A stretch of 64,000 nucleotides of DNA from Eledone cirrhosa (taxonomy: Eukaryota): assembly GCA_964016885.1 (NCBI GenBank), contig OZ024753.1, positions 43,524,001-43,588,000 on the forward strand, in the 5' to 3' direction. Below are positions 24,562 to 36,607 of this stretch, in pieces. The position numbers and the translations under genes were made by a program. The notes beneath the pieces were generated by a model. The model saw only the letters and a list, made by a program, of their open reading frames with translations. It was not told the DNA's origin and ran no database searches. Position 1 is the stretch's first letter, and every line of letters starts with the position of its first letter.

Positions 24562-24774
24562 TTAAAATGCCTAAGAAATTCTTTATGTCAATATGTCACC
24601 CTTACAACTCCCCCAGGAGTTATGGTACCATACTATACATACTACTATACTATATTTCACATTACTTTAATCTGCTGGCAACAAATGAGTTAGATCTGTC
24701 ATTCAAGGAACCACTTTGTCACACTATCACACTGAATATTCCTGAGAACTATGTTAAAGCTGTAGAAAGATGGA

Positions 24775-24940
24775 AGTGAGTGGGTGAGAGGAGTGATGCG
24801 AATGAATGTGGAAGGAAGTGGAGGTAGGGGAGGACCAAGAAAGACATGGCTAAAGTTGCTGAAAGAGGAAATAAAAGCCAGGGGTGTTAGTGAAGAGGAA
24901 TACAGACAATGGTGCCAAATGGAGAAATTCCATGAGGTCC
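24775..24940 (+). pseudogene. decayed RTE-clade 3' fragment
   Basis: WVRGVMRMNVEGSGGRGGPRKTWLKLLKEEIK. Confidence 0.65.
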
Positions 24941-25475
24941 AAAAGGCCCAGCATTGCATGACTAACTCCAGCTTTTGCATAGAAAACAGCCTCAAAAAGC
25001 TTGTTGTTGATGTTGTAATCCCATGTTTTAAAGTTCATCAGAAGATGTTTAGAGGAATAATTAGATTGCCATTGTGAGAAACCTGGACTGAATACTTGTT
25101 AACATCATATTTTTACACCATTGAAGTGCTTCAACTGAGCATATAGTAGCAACTTATTTTTCACGTTACAGAAAAAAAACCCCAAGAAACAAAGAAAATC
25201 AACAACAAAAAACATCATTTCCTTTACATTTGCATCACAATGTGTGACATCCATTTTATTCATGGTAGTATGAGTGCAAGTGCAGCTGAAATTTCCTACA
25301 TTAGCATATGAATTGCAATATATTTTATCACAGAATACCCAAATTTATTGATATTATTCAGTTGTTCAAAGTAAACATCATCAATTCTTTGGTAAAGTAG
25401 CTAAAGGCAAGCTGGTACATTTGGCTTTCCTATGGGTAGAATTTAGATCTGTTTTGACTTACAGCATTATCTTAA

Positions 25476-25696
25476 CCCTTTAGCATTTACATTATTCTAT
25501 ATATACTATTATATTTTCATGGTAAACACTTTACCATACATAATTATCTCACATGATATCGACTCTATGAGATTTTGATATTATTTATGTTGAGAACAAT
25601 AGCTTAACATTAGCATGAGCAGCCAGTTATGGTCGGTTTGAACAGAAAAAGGTGAGAGAATTCTGGGCAGATATGGCCAGTTTAAATGTTAAAGGG
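25476..25696 (-). mobile_element. family 1 MITE
   Basis: TTAA on both sides, TIRs present. Confidence 0.88.
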
Positions 25697-25912
25697 TTAA
25701 GATACTTATCACAACTACAATCACCACACAAAAACTTTGTTCCGATTTAATTAATTGCTTGAAAAACATTTTTTTTTTACCTTTTTTTTTTACAAAGATT
25801 AAAATGTATAATATTTCTCCTTCAAAAATATTTTAGATATTGAATTATTGATATGTGTAAGTGTGAGATAAAATATATATTCAACAGAAATATATATAGA
25901 TTGTGAGGTTAA

Positions 25913-26124
25913 CCCTTTAGCATTTAAACTGGCTGTATCTGGCCAGAATTCTCTCATTTTTTTTCTGTTCAAACCAACCACCATAACCTGCCATTCATAC
26001 TCATGTTAAGGTATTATTCTCAAAATAAATAACATCAAAATTTCATAGCTTCGATATTATGTGAGATAAAGCCTTTACCATGAAAATACAGTAGTGAAAG
26101 CAGAGTAATGTAAATGCTAAAGGG
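25913..26124 (+). mobile_element. family 1 MITE, inverted relative to 25476-25696
   Basis: TTAA|CCCTTTAGCATTTA...TAAATGCTAAAGGG|TTAA. Confidence 0.88.
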
Positions 26125-26491
26125 TTAAGGTATTCAACTCACAATTATAAGGTTACAAGTTCAATTCCTGTTGGACTGTTGTATTCTTGAGCAAGACACT
26201 TTACTAAGTTACAAAATTAAGTTATATTGGTAATTCAAAATGACGGCCTTGCTGAAACTCCTTGAGAACTACATTATGTGTACACATGTCTGTGGAATGC
26301 TCAGCCACCTGCTTGGTAATTTCATGAGCAAGCTGCTCTGTTGATTGAACCACTGTAGCATTCATCATCTGAACTGATTCACTAAACACTGAACCTGTAC
26401 CTTCACTATATAAACTTGTATACGTATGTATACATATATACATACATACATTCAGATACATATACACACATACATATATACATACTCATAC

Positions 26492-26528
<37 letters not shown>

Positions 26529-26558
26529 TAGATACATACATATGTATGTAAGGCTGTT

Positions 26559-26658
26559 AGAAAGAATAACTTCGTTTTGGAGTGTATATACAGACACACA
26601 CACACACACGTGTGTGTGTGTGTGTGTATATACACTCCAAAACGAAGTTATTCTCTCT
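26559..26658. repeat. near-perfect 100-bp palindrome centred on (CA)n-CG-(TG)n
   Basis: AGAATAACTTCGTTTTGGAGTGTATATACA...TGTATATACACTCCAAAACGAAGTTATTCT. Confidence 0.9.
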
Positions 26659-26676
26659 CTCTCTCTCTCTCATTCT

Positions 26677-26769
<93 letters not shown>

Positions 26770-27245
26770 TGTGTAAATGCAATATATAGTCAATAAAGAA
26801 TATTTATTCCACCAGTCTGTCAAAAGCCTCAATACAATATCACAATAATGGCATGTTAGAAACTGTTTCCAGAGAAACAGTGTAGCTTAGTAAAGATGTT
26901 TGTCTTATGATCTTAAGATCGTGAGTTCGATTCCCAGTTGTGTATCATGTCCTTAGGCAAGACATTTGTTTTTTTTATCAACTCTAGTCCACTCAGCTGT
27001 AAAACAATGAGTTGTAATTGAAAGAGGTAGACTTGTCACTCACTGTGTTATAGTGAATCTCCCTGAGAAATATGTGAAGGGTGTATGTGAAGGGTGTATG
27101 CTCGGGTAATGCTATAAACTATAATACAATTTGTCACTGTGTCATACAGAAAATTACTTTAACCCTTTTGACACCAACCAAGCCAAAACCACTTCTGGTT
27201 TTATAAAACAAAACCTCCCATTTTAAAGGTCTCTATGTAAATTAA

Positions 27246-27464
27246 CCCTTTAATGTTCAAACCGGCCAAAGCCGGCCAGAATTCTCTACCTTTTTCTGGT
27301 GAAACTGGCTGTAACTGGTCACTCAAACTGATGTTAAGGTATTGTTCTCAAAACAAATACTTTCAAAATCTCATAAATTCGATATTATGTGAGATATTAT
27401 GTGAGGTAAAGCCTTTACCATGAAAATATAATGGTATATATAGAGTAATGTGAATGCTAAAGGG
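27246..27464 (+). mobile_element. family 1 MITE nested in a family 2 MITE
   Basis: TTAA flanks; the family 2 terminus TTAACCCTTTTGACACC is at 27159. Confidence 0.8.
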
Positions 27465-27587
27465 TTAAAATCTTCCAGGATAATTTTATATAAGAAGAAC
27501 ATGTTAAGTTAGTAACTTAGTAATGAAATAATAGATATATATGGCATAGAGTTTGATTAACAAGATATCCAGATCTCATTTGCTTAA

Positions 27588-28003
27588 TCCTTTACCATTT
27601 ACATTACTCTATATATACTATTGTATTTTCACAGTAAAGGCTTTACCTCACATAATATCTCACATAACATTTACATTACTCTATATATACTATTGTATTT
27701 TCATGGTAAAGGCTTTACCACACATAATATCTCGCATAACATTTACATTACTCTATATATACTATTGTATTTTCATGGTAAAGGCTTTACCACACATAAT
27801 ATCTCCCATAACATTTACATTACTCTATATATACTATTTTCACAGTAAAGGCTTAATCTTACATAATATCGAACCTATGAGAGTTTGATATCATTTATTT
27901 TGATGATAATACCTTATCAGTATGAGCAGATGGTTACAGCCAGTTTGAACAGAAAGAGGTGAGAGAACTCTGGCCGGTTATAGCCGGTTTAAATGCTAAA
28001 GGG
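27588..28003 (-). mobile_element. family 1 MITE with about 3.7 tandem copies of a 72-bp internal unit
   Basis: CATTTACATTACTCTATATATACTATT recurs every 72 bp; TTAA flanks. Confidence 0.88.
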
Positions 28004-28756
28004 TTAACAAGTAGGGTGGAACTCATTAAATTGGACCGAGGAAACAATGTTTCCATTGGTCTTTCCATTGTTGATACTATCTATCAGTCACAACTCCAAT
28101 AATAATTTTAGTTGCAACATGTTGCAACTTATTAAAATAATAATTTTAGTAAACCCCTTAATTAATTATTTGAAATAGAGTGTGTTTGATTAGAGATACA
28201 GTCATGAAAGGGTCAAAAGAATGCATGTCATGTTAATTTTGTGAGCAAGTTTTCCCATTGATCAAACGTCTAGAACACTCATTATGAAAACTGCCGGATG
28301 TCCAACAACAACATAAAATAAATGCGTGCATGTATAACTGCAATATGTATAGTGAATATAATATCGCGAAATATTTATTACATAACTCTAGCAGTTGGGG
28401 TATGTGACCAAAATGTCAAATACTACAATACAATGATAGGTTAGAAAGTATTGCTAGTGAAATAAGATATAAGATATAAGAGGATTGATTGTGGAGATAA
28501 CTAAACAAACCAGAACTTAAATATTTATGTGACTTCAACCAATCTTCATACTCGTGACTAAACTAAAATATCAAGAGAGTGAAATAGAAAGGGAGATAAA
28601 CAACACCACCATACAACACCACCACCACCACCTCATAAAAAATACCAGAACAGAAGAGAGTAAATGTTGTAGATAGTTAAAACATATTTAAACGTAGTAG
28701 TAATGGTAGTAGTAGGGTCCCGTAGCTCCAGATGGAGTCATAGGGGTGTCGTATTG

Positions 28757-29000
28757 GCATGATAAAATACACCCAGTACACTCTGCAAAGTGGTAGTGTT
28801 GGTGTCATGATAAAATACACCCAGTACACTCTGTGAAGTAGTAGTGTTGGTGCCATGATAAAATGCACCCAGTACTCTCTGTAAAGCTGTTGGCATTAGG
28901 AAGGACATCCAGCTGTAGAAACCAAACCAAATATGAAATATGAGAGTGAAGACATGGTTCTTGGACAATGACAACCCATGCCAACATGGAAATTATATAT
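28757..29000 (+). mobile_element. family C SINE 3' part with 3 tandem 48-bp units
   Basis: CATGATAAAAT at 28758, 28806 and 28854, then TTGGCATTAGGAAGGACATCCAGCTGTAGAAACC. Confidence 0.75.
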
Positions 29001-29546
29001 AAAATAATAATAATAATAATGACAATACTGATAAGTAAATACAGGAAATAAAAAGAGAATTAATGGGTCTATCTTGGATGCTTCTTAGATATTCAGATTT
29101 CAACAGCAAATGTCTGAAACTATACACTGTTTTATGAGTCAACAATAAAATATGATATAATTTTCTGATATTGGGGATTATTGGGCAAACATTTTTATTA
29201 TGCAGATTCTCTCGTTCCTGATTTGTCGAACAGTTAAGCAGAAATAGTCAATATTTTTCAGAATATAACAACACATATTTTCTTTCCAAAATATATCTAA
29301 AATTGACTGAGTCTTATCTGCGCATCATCATTATGAATGCATTGAAAGTAGTTATGTCTTTTAAAGACGATAAGTTAATTTCCTAAAGACAGTAAAATAT
29401 GTGTTTATTGTTCATATTTCGATAAGAAAAAGCATCAAAGGAAACCATTTTATGCAAAGGCATTCCAAAAATATAACGTGTAGAAAAAAATTAGAACATA
29501 TAGTTTTTTTCTAACGTACAAGGAAAACAGACATTAAATAATGTTG

Positions 29547-29611
<65 letters not shown>

Positions 29612-29619
29612 CAGGGACA

Positions 29620-29790
29620 AAAATCGTTTCTACTACAGGACTAGAACTGTTTCATTCGATGGAAATTATGATGATGATTTCCTTCAAATTAAACAGTTTT
29701 AGTCTTGTAGAAACCATTTCTATATTAAATATTTATACTCTGCTATGTATTGAGTACCTTACTTACTGTGGTTACCGCCGATTCAACCCG
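29620..29790 (+). mobile_element. fold-back element P2, second copy
   Basis: CTACAGGACTAGAACTGTTTCATT / AATTAAACAGTTTTAGTCTTGTAG plus tail GTATTGAGTACCTTACTTACTGTGGTTACC. Confidence 0.65.
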
Positions 29791-30122
29791 ACACACACAC
29801 ATATATATATATATATGAAATCAAACATATGAATAATATATCATATATGTACTATTATAGTACTTGGCAAAAATGATAGGGGCTATAGAGAAAAGCTATT
29901 TAATATAACAATTTCTTGAGTGCAACATTCTATATGAAGATGTGGTAATCCTTGATTTTTTCCTTCACCACCTCTCTCTTGTTACACCAATCATTGCTAT
30001 CATTCTAATTAATTACAATAATTTTCTCCAATATTTTTTTTGAAACATTATCAAATATATATCCACCAAATTGCAATGAGTTTGTTCTGCCTATGTATCT
30101 ATATCACTAATTAACACTTTAA

Positions 30123-30343
30123 CCCTTTAGCATTTACATTATTCTATATATACTATTATATTTTCATGGTAAAGGCTTTATCTTACATAATTATCTCACA
30201 TAATATCAAATCTATGCGATTTTGATATTATTTATTTTGAGAACAATACCTTAACATAAGTATAAGCAGCCATTTATGGTTGGTTTAAACAGAAAGAGGT
30301 GAGAGAATTCTGGCCGGATACGGCCGGTTTAAATGCTAAAGGG
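30123..30343 (-). mobile_element. family 1 MITE
   Basis: Perfect TTAA|CCCTTTAGCATTTA...TAAATGCTAAAGGG|TTAA. Confidence 0.9.
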
Positions 30344-30595
30344 TTAAGGAAATGTCTTCTACTAAAATCCTGGGTCATTTAATTGATAAATACATATTCA
30401 ATATGGTGGAATGAAGATATGCATCCCATTGTCTGGCCAGGTCATCTGCTAGTAAAGTATTATATATTTTGTTCAGTTTTGTTTTTTGCTAAATCACATA
30501 TTATGTGACACAGAGTTAACACAAGACATTGCACAGCTAATAATAAGATTTTTATGGATTTTTACACCATCTTATTTATATGGAGTTCATGTAAA

Positions 30596-30920
30596 GCTGA
30601 AGAGTTACACAGGGAAGCTGAAGAGTTACACAGGCAAGCTGAAGAGTTACACAGGCAAGCTGAAGAGTTACACGGGGAAGCTGAAGAGTTACACGGGGAA
30701 GCTGAAGAGTTACACGGGGAAGCTGAAGAGTTACACGGGGAAGCTGAAGAGTTACACGGGGAAGCTGAAGAGTTACACGGGGAAGCTGAAGAGTTGCACA
30801 GGCAAGCTGAAGAGTTGCACAGGCAAGCTGAAGAGTTGCACAGGCAAGCTGAAGAGTTACACAAGGAAGCTGAAGAGTTACACAAGGAAGCTGAAGAGTT
30901 ACACGGGGAAGTTGAAGAGT
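30596..30920. repeat. 21-bp minisatellite GCTGAAGAGTTACACGGGGAA, about 15 copies
   Basis: Directly visible. Confidence 0.95.
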
Positions 30921-31115
30921 GCTAATTCATTGGCTACTGCCAAATAAATTATAATATTCTATATATAATCTACAAAAGGTATTCAATGCTTTCTCTCCCT
31001 TTTTATTACTACTGATTCTCTCTGTCTCTCTCCCTACATATATATATATAATGTCCCAAGGCTCTGACACCATCAACACCATAAACACAGAGCTGGCATA
31101 TCTAAGAATTGACTA

Positions 31116-31171
31116 ACTGCCTGATGAGGTCATAGCCATTCAATGGCTATCATCGAAATATATATAGCAGT
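31116..31171 (+). ncRNA. minimal type I hammerhead ribozyme motif (Penelope-like pLTR type)
   Basis: Stem I ACTGC/GCAGT; core CTGATGA (31121-27); stem II GGTC-ATAGCCATT-C-AATGGCTAT-CATC; GAAA (31155-58); palindromic TATATA stem III; UA cleavage site; AATAAA follows. Confidence 0.75.
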
Positions 31172-31435
31172 GAATAAAGGATTATGAGTTCATGCAATTG
31201 ACTTATGTTTCGTCACTATATATTTATATATATATATATTGATATTATATATATGAAGAGAGAGAGAGATACATACATACATATATATATGAAGAGAGAG
31301 AGAGAGATACATATATATATATATACATACACACACATATATGATCAGCATCATTTTAATCTCTGCTTCCCCTGCTAGCAAGGGTTGGACTATATATCTA
31401 TATATATACACATACATATATATGACGATGATGAT

Positions 31436-31509
<74 letters not shown>

Positions 31510-32163
31510 TGCTTAGTAGATAAAGTAATCGAAAATCTTGTCCGTATGTCATTTTACTCAATTAAATTGCTGTGAGCACTTTGTTCAAGTGAGCAAACCT
31601 CTGATTTACAGATATTCTAGAAATTGGTCAAGCACTTTAGCTAAATGCTACAAGTTTTTACTCTTGTTTCTTACAAAGTGAAAGAGTATGACAACAACAA
31701 CAATAAAAAACATTCCTTTCCTCTTCTAATTCTTCTTCTTCTTCTTTTTCTTCTTCTTTTTCTTCCTGTTTCGCACTAGGTATGGTTCCCAGAACCTACT
31801 TAATCATTTTAGAAATCAATGGCTGCTTCATAAGTAATCTCCATCTTTTAACATCTCATCATCCCCTTTCTCATCATTATCATCAACATCGCCATCACCA
31901 TCACCTCCCCCTCATCATGATCATCACCTCCTCCTCCTCCTCCTCCTCCTCAAAAACACCACCACTTCCAACTTCACCTCCTCCTCCACCGCCTCCTCCT
32001 CCTTTATCCCTGCCATCATCAACCCTCCTCATCTCCTCCACTTCCCCATCACCATGCCCCAGCTTCCTCAGCTTCTTCTTCTTCTTCTCCTCCTCCTCTC
32101 CCCCGTCTCCTATTCTACCCCCCCCCTCCCCATCTCTCCACCCCCCTCTCCACCCCCTCTCTC

Positions 32164-32198
<35 letters not shown>

Positions 32199-32304
32199 CC
32201 ATCACCATCCAAAACAAGGAAGGTTAGATATAAAGAAACTTGACAAAATTCATTTCATGCAATTTAAATTGAAATATATTCTTCTATACAGACCTAGATG
32301 TCAA

Positions 32305-34545
32305 CTTCTCTTTTTCATTTCCCACTCTATACTTTCCTCTATTTTTCCTTCCCTTCTCTCTCTTTTTCATTTCCCACTCTATACTTTCCTCTATTTTTCC
32401 TTCCCTTCTCTCTCTTTATCATTTCCCACTCTATACTTTCCTCTATTTTTCCTTCCCTTCTCTCTCTTTTTCATTTCCCACTCTATACTTTCCTCTATTT
32501 TTCCTTCCCTTCTCTCTCTTTTTCATTTCCCACTCTATACTTTCCTCTATTTGTCTTTCCCTTCTCTCTCTTTTTCATTTCCCACTCTATACTTTCCTCT
32601 ATTTTTCCTTCCCTTCTCTCTCTTTTTCATTTCCCACTCTATACTTTCCTCTATTTTTCCTTCCCTTCTCTCTCTTTTTCATTTCCCACTCTATACTTTC
32701 CTCTATTTTTCCTTCCCTTCTCTCTCTTTTTCATTTCCCACTCTATACTTTCCTCTATTTTTCCTTCCCTTCTCTCTCTTTTTCATTTCCCACTCTATAC
32801 TTTCCTCTATTTTTCCTTCCCTTCTCTCTCTTTTTCATTTCCCACTCTATACTTTCCTCTATTTGTCTTTCCCTTCTCTCTCTTTTTCATTTCCCACTCT
32901 ATACTTTCCTCTATTTTTCCTTCCCTTCTCTCTCTTTTTCATTTCCCACTCTATACTTTCCTCTATTTGTCTTTCCCTTCTCTCTCTTTTTCATTTCCCA
33001 CTCTATACTTTCCTCTATTTTTCCTTCCCTTCTCTCTCTTTTTCATTTCCCACTCTATACTTTCCTCTATTTGTCTTTCCCTTCTCTCTCTTTTTCATTT
33101 CCCACTCTATACTTTCCTCTATTTTTCCTTCCCTTCTCTCTCTTTTTCATTTCCCACTCTATACTTTCCTCTATTTGTCTTTCCCTTCTCTCTCTTTTTC
33201 ATTTCCCACTCTATACTTTCCTCTATTTTTCCTTCCCTTCTCTCTCTTTTTCATTTCCCACTCTATACTTTCCTCTATTTTTCCTTCCCTTCTCTCTCTT
33301 TTTCATTTCCCACTCTATACTTTCCTCTATTTTTCCTTCCCTTCTCTCTCTTTTTCATTTCCCACTCTATACTTTCCTCTATTTTTCCTTCCCTTCTCTC
33401 TCTTTTTCATTTCCCACTCTATACTTTCCTCTATTTTTCCTTCCCTTCTCTCTCTTTTTCATTTCCCACTCTATACTTTCCTCTATTTGTCTTTCCCTTC
33501 TCTCTCTTTTTCATTTCCCACTCTATACTTTCCTCTATTTTTCCTTCCCTTCTCTCTCTTTTTCATTTCCCACTCTATACTTTCCTCTATTTGTCTTTCC
33601 CTTCTCTCTCTTTTTCATTTCCCACTCTATACTTTCCTCTATTTTTCCTTCCCTTCTCTCTCTTTTTCATTTCCCACTCTATACTTTCCTCTATTTGTCT
33701 TTCCCTTCTCTCTCTTTTTCATTTCCCACTCTATACTTTCCTCTATTTTTCCTTCCCTTCTCTCTCTTTTTCATTTCCCACTCTATACTTTCCTCTATTT
33801 TTCCTTCCCTTCTCTCTCTTTTTCATTTCCCACTCTATACTTTCCTCTATTTTTCCTTCCCTTCTCTCTCTTTTTCATTTCCCACTCTATACTTTCCTCT
33901 ATTTTTCCTTCCCTTCTCTCTCTTTATCATTTCCCACTCTATACTTTCCTCTATTTTTCCTTCCCTTCTCTCTCTTTTTCATTTCCCACTCTATACTTTC
34001 CTCTATTTTTCCTTCCCTTCTCTCTCTTTTTCATTTCCCACTCTATACTTTCCTCTATTTGTCTTTCCCTTCTCTCTCTTTTTCATTTCCCACTCTATAC
34101 TTTCCTCTATTTTTCCTTCCCTTCTCTCTCTTTTTCATTTCCCACTCTATACTTTCCTCTATTTTTCCTTCCCTTCTCTCTCTTTTTCATTTCCCACTCT
34201 ATACTTTCCTCTATTTTTCCTTCCCTTCTCTCTCTTTTTCATTTCCCACTCTATACTTTCCTCTATTTTTCTTTCCCTTCTCTCTCTTTTTCATTTCCCA
34301 CTCTATACTTTCCTCTATTTTTCCTTCCCTTCTCTCTCTTTTTCATTTCCCACTCTATACTTTCCTCTATTTTTCCTTCCCTTCTCTCTCTTTTTCATTT
34401 CCCACTCTATACTTTCCTCTATTTTTCTTTCCCTTCTCTCTCTTTTTCATTTCCCACTCTATACTTTCCTCTATTTTTCCTTCCCTTCTCTCTCTTTTTC
34501 ATTTCCCACTCTATACTTTCCTCTATTTTTCCTTCCCTTCTTTCT
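32305..34545. repeat. 52-bp polypyrimidine satellite, about 43 copies
   Basis: TTCATTTCCCACTCTATACTTTCCTCTATTTTTCCTTCCCTTCTCTCTCTTT; CCCACTCT at 32321, 32373 and so on. Confidence 0.97.
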
Positions 34546-34636
34546 CTTATTCCCACAGAATTCTTCTTCACTCCATTATTTTTCATCTTTATATATTTTC
34601 ATTCACTTTCATGTTTCAATATTTTAAATCCTTCTT

Positions 34637-34782
34637 TGAGTTCAAATCCCGCCGAGTTTAACTTTGCCTTTCATCCTGACGGGGTCGATAAAATAAAGTA
34701 CCAATAATGTACTGGGGTTGATTTAATCGACTTTCCCCTCCCCCAAAATTGATGGACTTGTGCCTATATAAAAAACCATTAT
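34637..34782 (+). mobile_element. Meta-like SINE, longer subfamily, 5'-truncated
   Basis: GAGTTCAAATCCCGCCGAG..GCCTTTCATCCTGACGGGGTCGATAAAATAAAGTACC, plus an extra GGGGTTGATTTAATCGACTTTCCCC segment. Confidence 0.8.
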
Positions 34783-34889
34783 TTTAAATCCTTCTAGATT
34801 CTTCATCAGGATCTATTTTTGTTTTCTAGAATATAAAGTGGTTGGTTATAGGAAGGGCATCTAGCTAATAAAAACCTTGTCATACATAT

Positions 34890-35000
34890 AATAATGATAA
34901 TGAAATTATTGTGTACAGTGCTCAGGTGCACTACAACTCATCAAAGGTGTATGTATTGTACATAGAATAATGTACAAATGTCAGGAAAGTGAACAGTGTT
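34890..35000 (-). mobile_element. CR1 3' tail fragment
   Basis: Reverse complement of the 21790-21890 tail. Confidence 0.8.
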
Positions 35001-35039
35001 TATAGCTGAGTGGATTCTTTAAAACGTTAGCACATTTAA

Positions 35040-35232
35040 TAATTGTTTCTACTTTTGACACAAGGCCAACAGTTATCCGAGTACATTACTGGTACTTTAT
35101 TTTATCGACCCCGAAAAGATGAAAGGCAAAGTTAACCTCGGGGGGGATTTGAACTCAGACCGTAAAGGGACGTAACTCTGCTGAAAAGCAGGGCGTCCGA
35201 CCCTCTACCGATACTGCCAATCCACACCCTTA
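35040..35232 (-). mobile_element. family A SINE, full length
   Basis: Colinear with other copies. Confidence 0.85.
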
Positions 35233-36408
35233 GTAGCAAACACACATTCTAGTATACATACATTGTTTTCAGTCCAAAGAGTGCTCTACCAAGTTCTTTC
35301 TGGATTTTGGTAGAGCACTCTTTGGACTTAAAAGTATGTGTGTTTGTTACTAAGGGTGTGGATTGGTAGAGAGTCGGTCGCCATATATATATGGTAGTAA
35401 CATGTACTTACACCGTATTTGACTAAATAAAATTAGTCAGTTAGTTGAGATTTTTTTTTAAATCCTCTGAATGGAAAAATGGAAAAATGGATGAGTATTG
35501 AGGAATATGGGACACAAACCCACATCTTTGGTTGCCGGACCAATGTGTTACCATTACACCAATGTGTTAACATTAATATATATATATATATATAAATATA
35601 TAGTGTTTCTCTCCTGTATGTTTCCTTCCATTCTCCTTGAGATCCATTGTTCAGTAAGACTAGAAGAAGAAGAGGAGAAATATTTGTCAGTTTACAAGAG
35701 ATTCTAGAGAAGTCTTGCATTATTTAATTCTTTACAACCATCTCAATACTTACATAAAGAAAACTACCACACACACACCAACACATACACACATCAACAC
35801 CCACACACACACCAACACATACACACATCAACACCCACACACACTAACCAACACCCACACAAAACACGTACGCACAAACACATCAGCTCACATTTATGCT
35901 ACTTCATTTTCTTTTTTACACCTTTCTCCTTTCTATCTCTCTCTCTGTATGTATGTATATATATATATATTTATATATATATATTTTTATCTCTCGCTCT
36001 TCATATCTATCTCTCTCTCTCTATATATATATATGTCTTTCGCCGTCATCCAAACACAATAAAACAGTCATACACACGTAGGCATGTGTTGTATCTTTTT
36101 ACATAAGCAATTGTGGTATCTTTTACACATGCACTTATACATAGAAAAAGTTTTTATATATATATATATATATACTTATACACACACACACAAATACACA
36201 CACATATATATACATATCTCTCTCTCTATATATATATACACATACATATATATATGGACATAATTCCATGTAAATACACACAAAGGCATTTTATTTGTGT
36301 GTTCACATGCATGAGTGTGTATGTATATGACTGTGTGTGTCTGTGTGTGTGTGTCTATAAATATTATATATATATATATGTATGTGTGTGTCTGTGTGTA
36401 TATAATAA

Positions 36409-36475
<67 letters not shown>

Positions 36476-36546
36476 GTCTGTGTGTATATATATATATATT
36501 AATTCAAAATATTAACAAAAATAGACATTTGTGTGATCAAGTATAA

Positions 36547-36607
36547 TTTATTATACATATTTCAGAGGTACTGAGCTATCTTCAACAGTACGTCCTCATC
36601 AGATAAA
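36547..36607 (-). ncRNA. minimal type I hammerhead ribozyme motif
   Basis: Minus strand: TTTAT-CTGATGA-GGAC.GTACTG-loop-CAGTAC.CTCT-GAAA-TATGTA-TA-ATAAA; stem I is all A-U and overlaps an AATAAA. Confidence 0.62.

Noticed and set aside
32257-34707. 816, 787 and 518 aa hydrophobic ORFs
   Set aside because: Product of a 52-bp G-poor satellite that is open in all three plus frames; the unit is not a multiple of 3
35595-35680. HTGEKHY (C2H2 linker-like) on the minus strand after a good acceptor
   Set aside because: No flanking Cys/His finger pattern and the frame runs into (TA)n; likely chance
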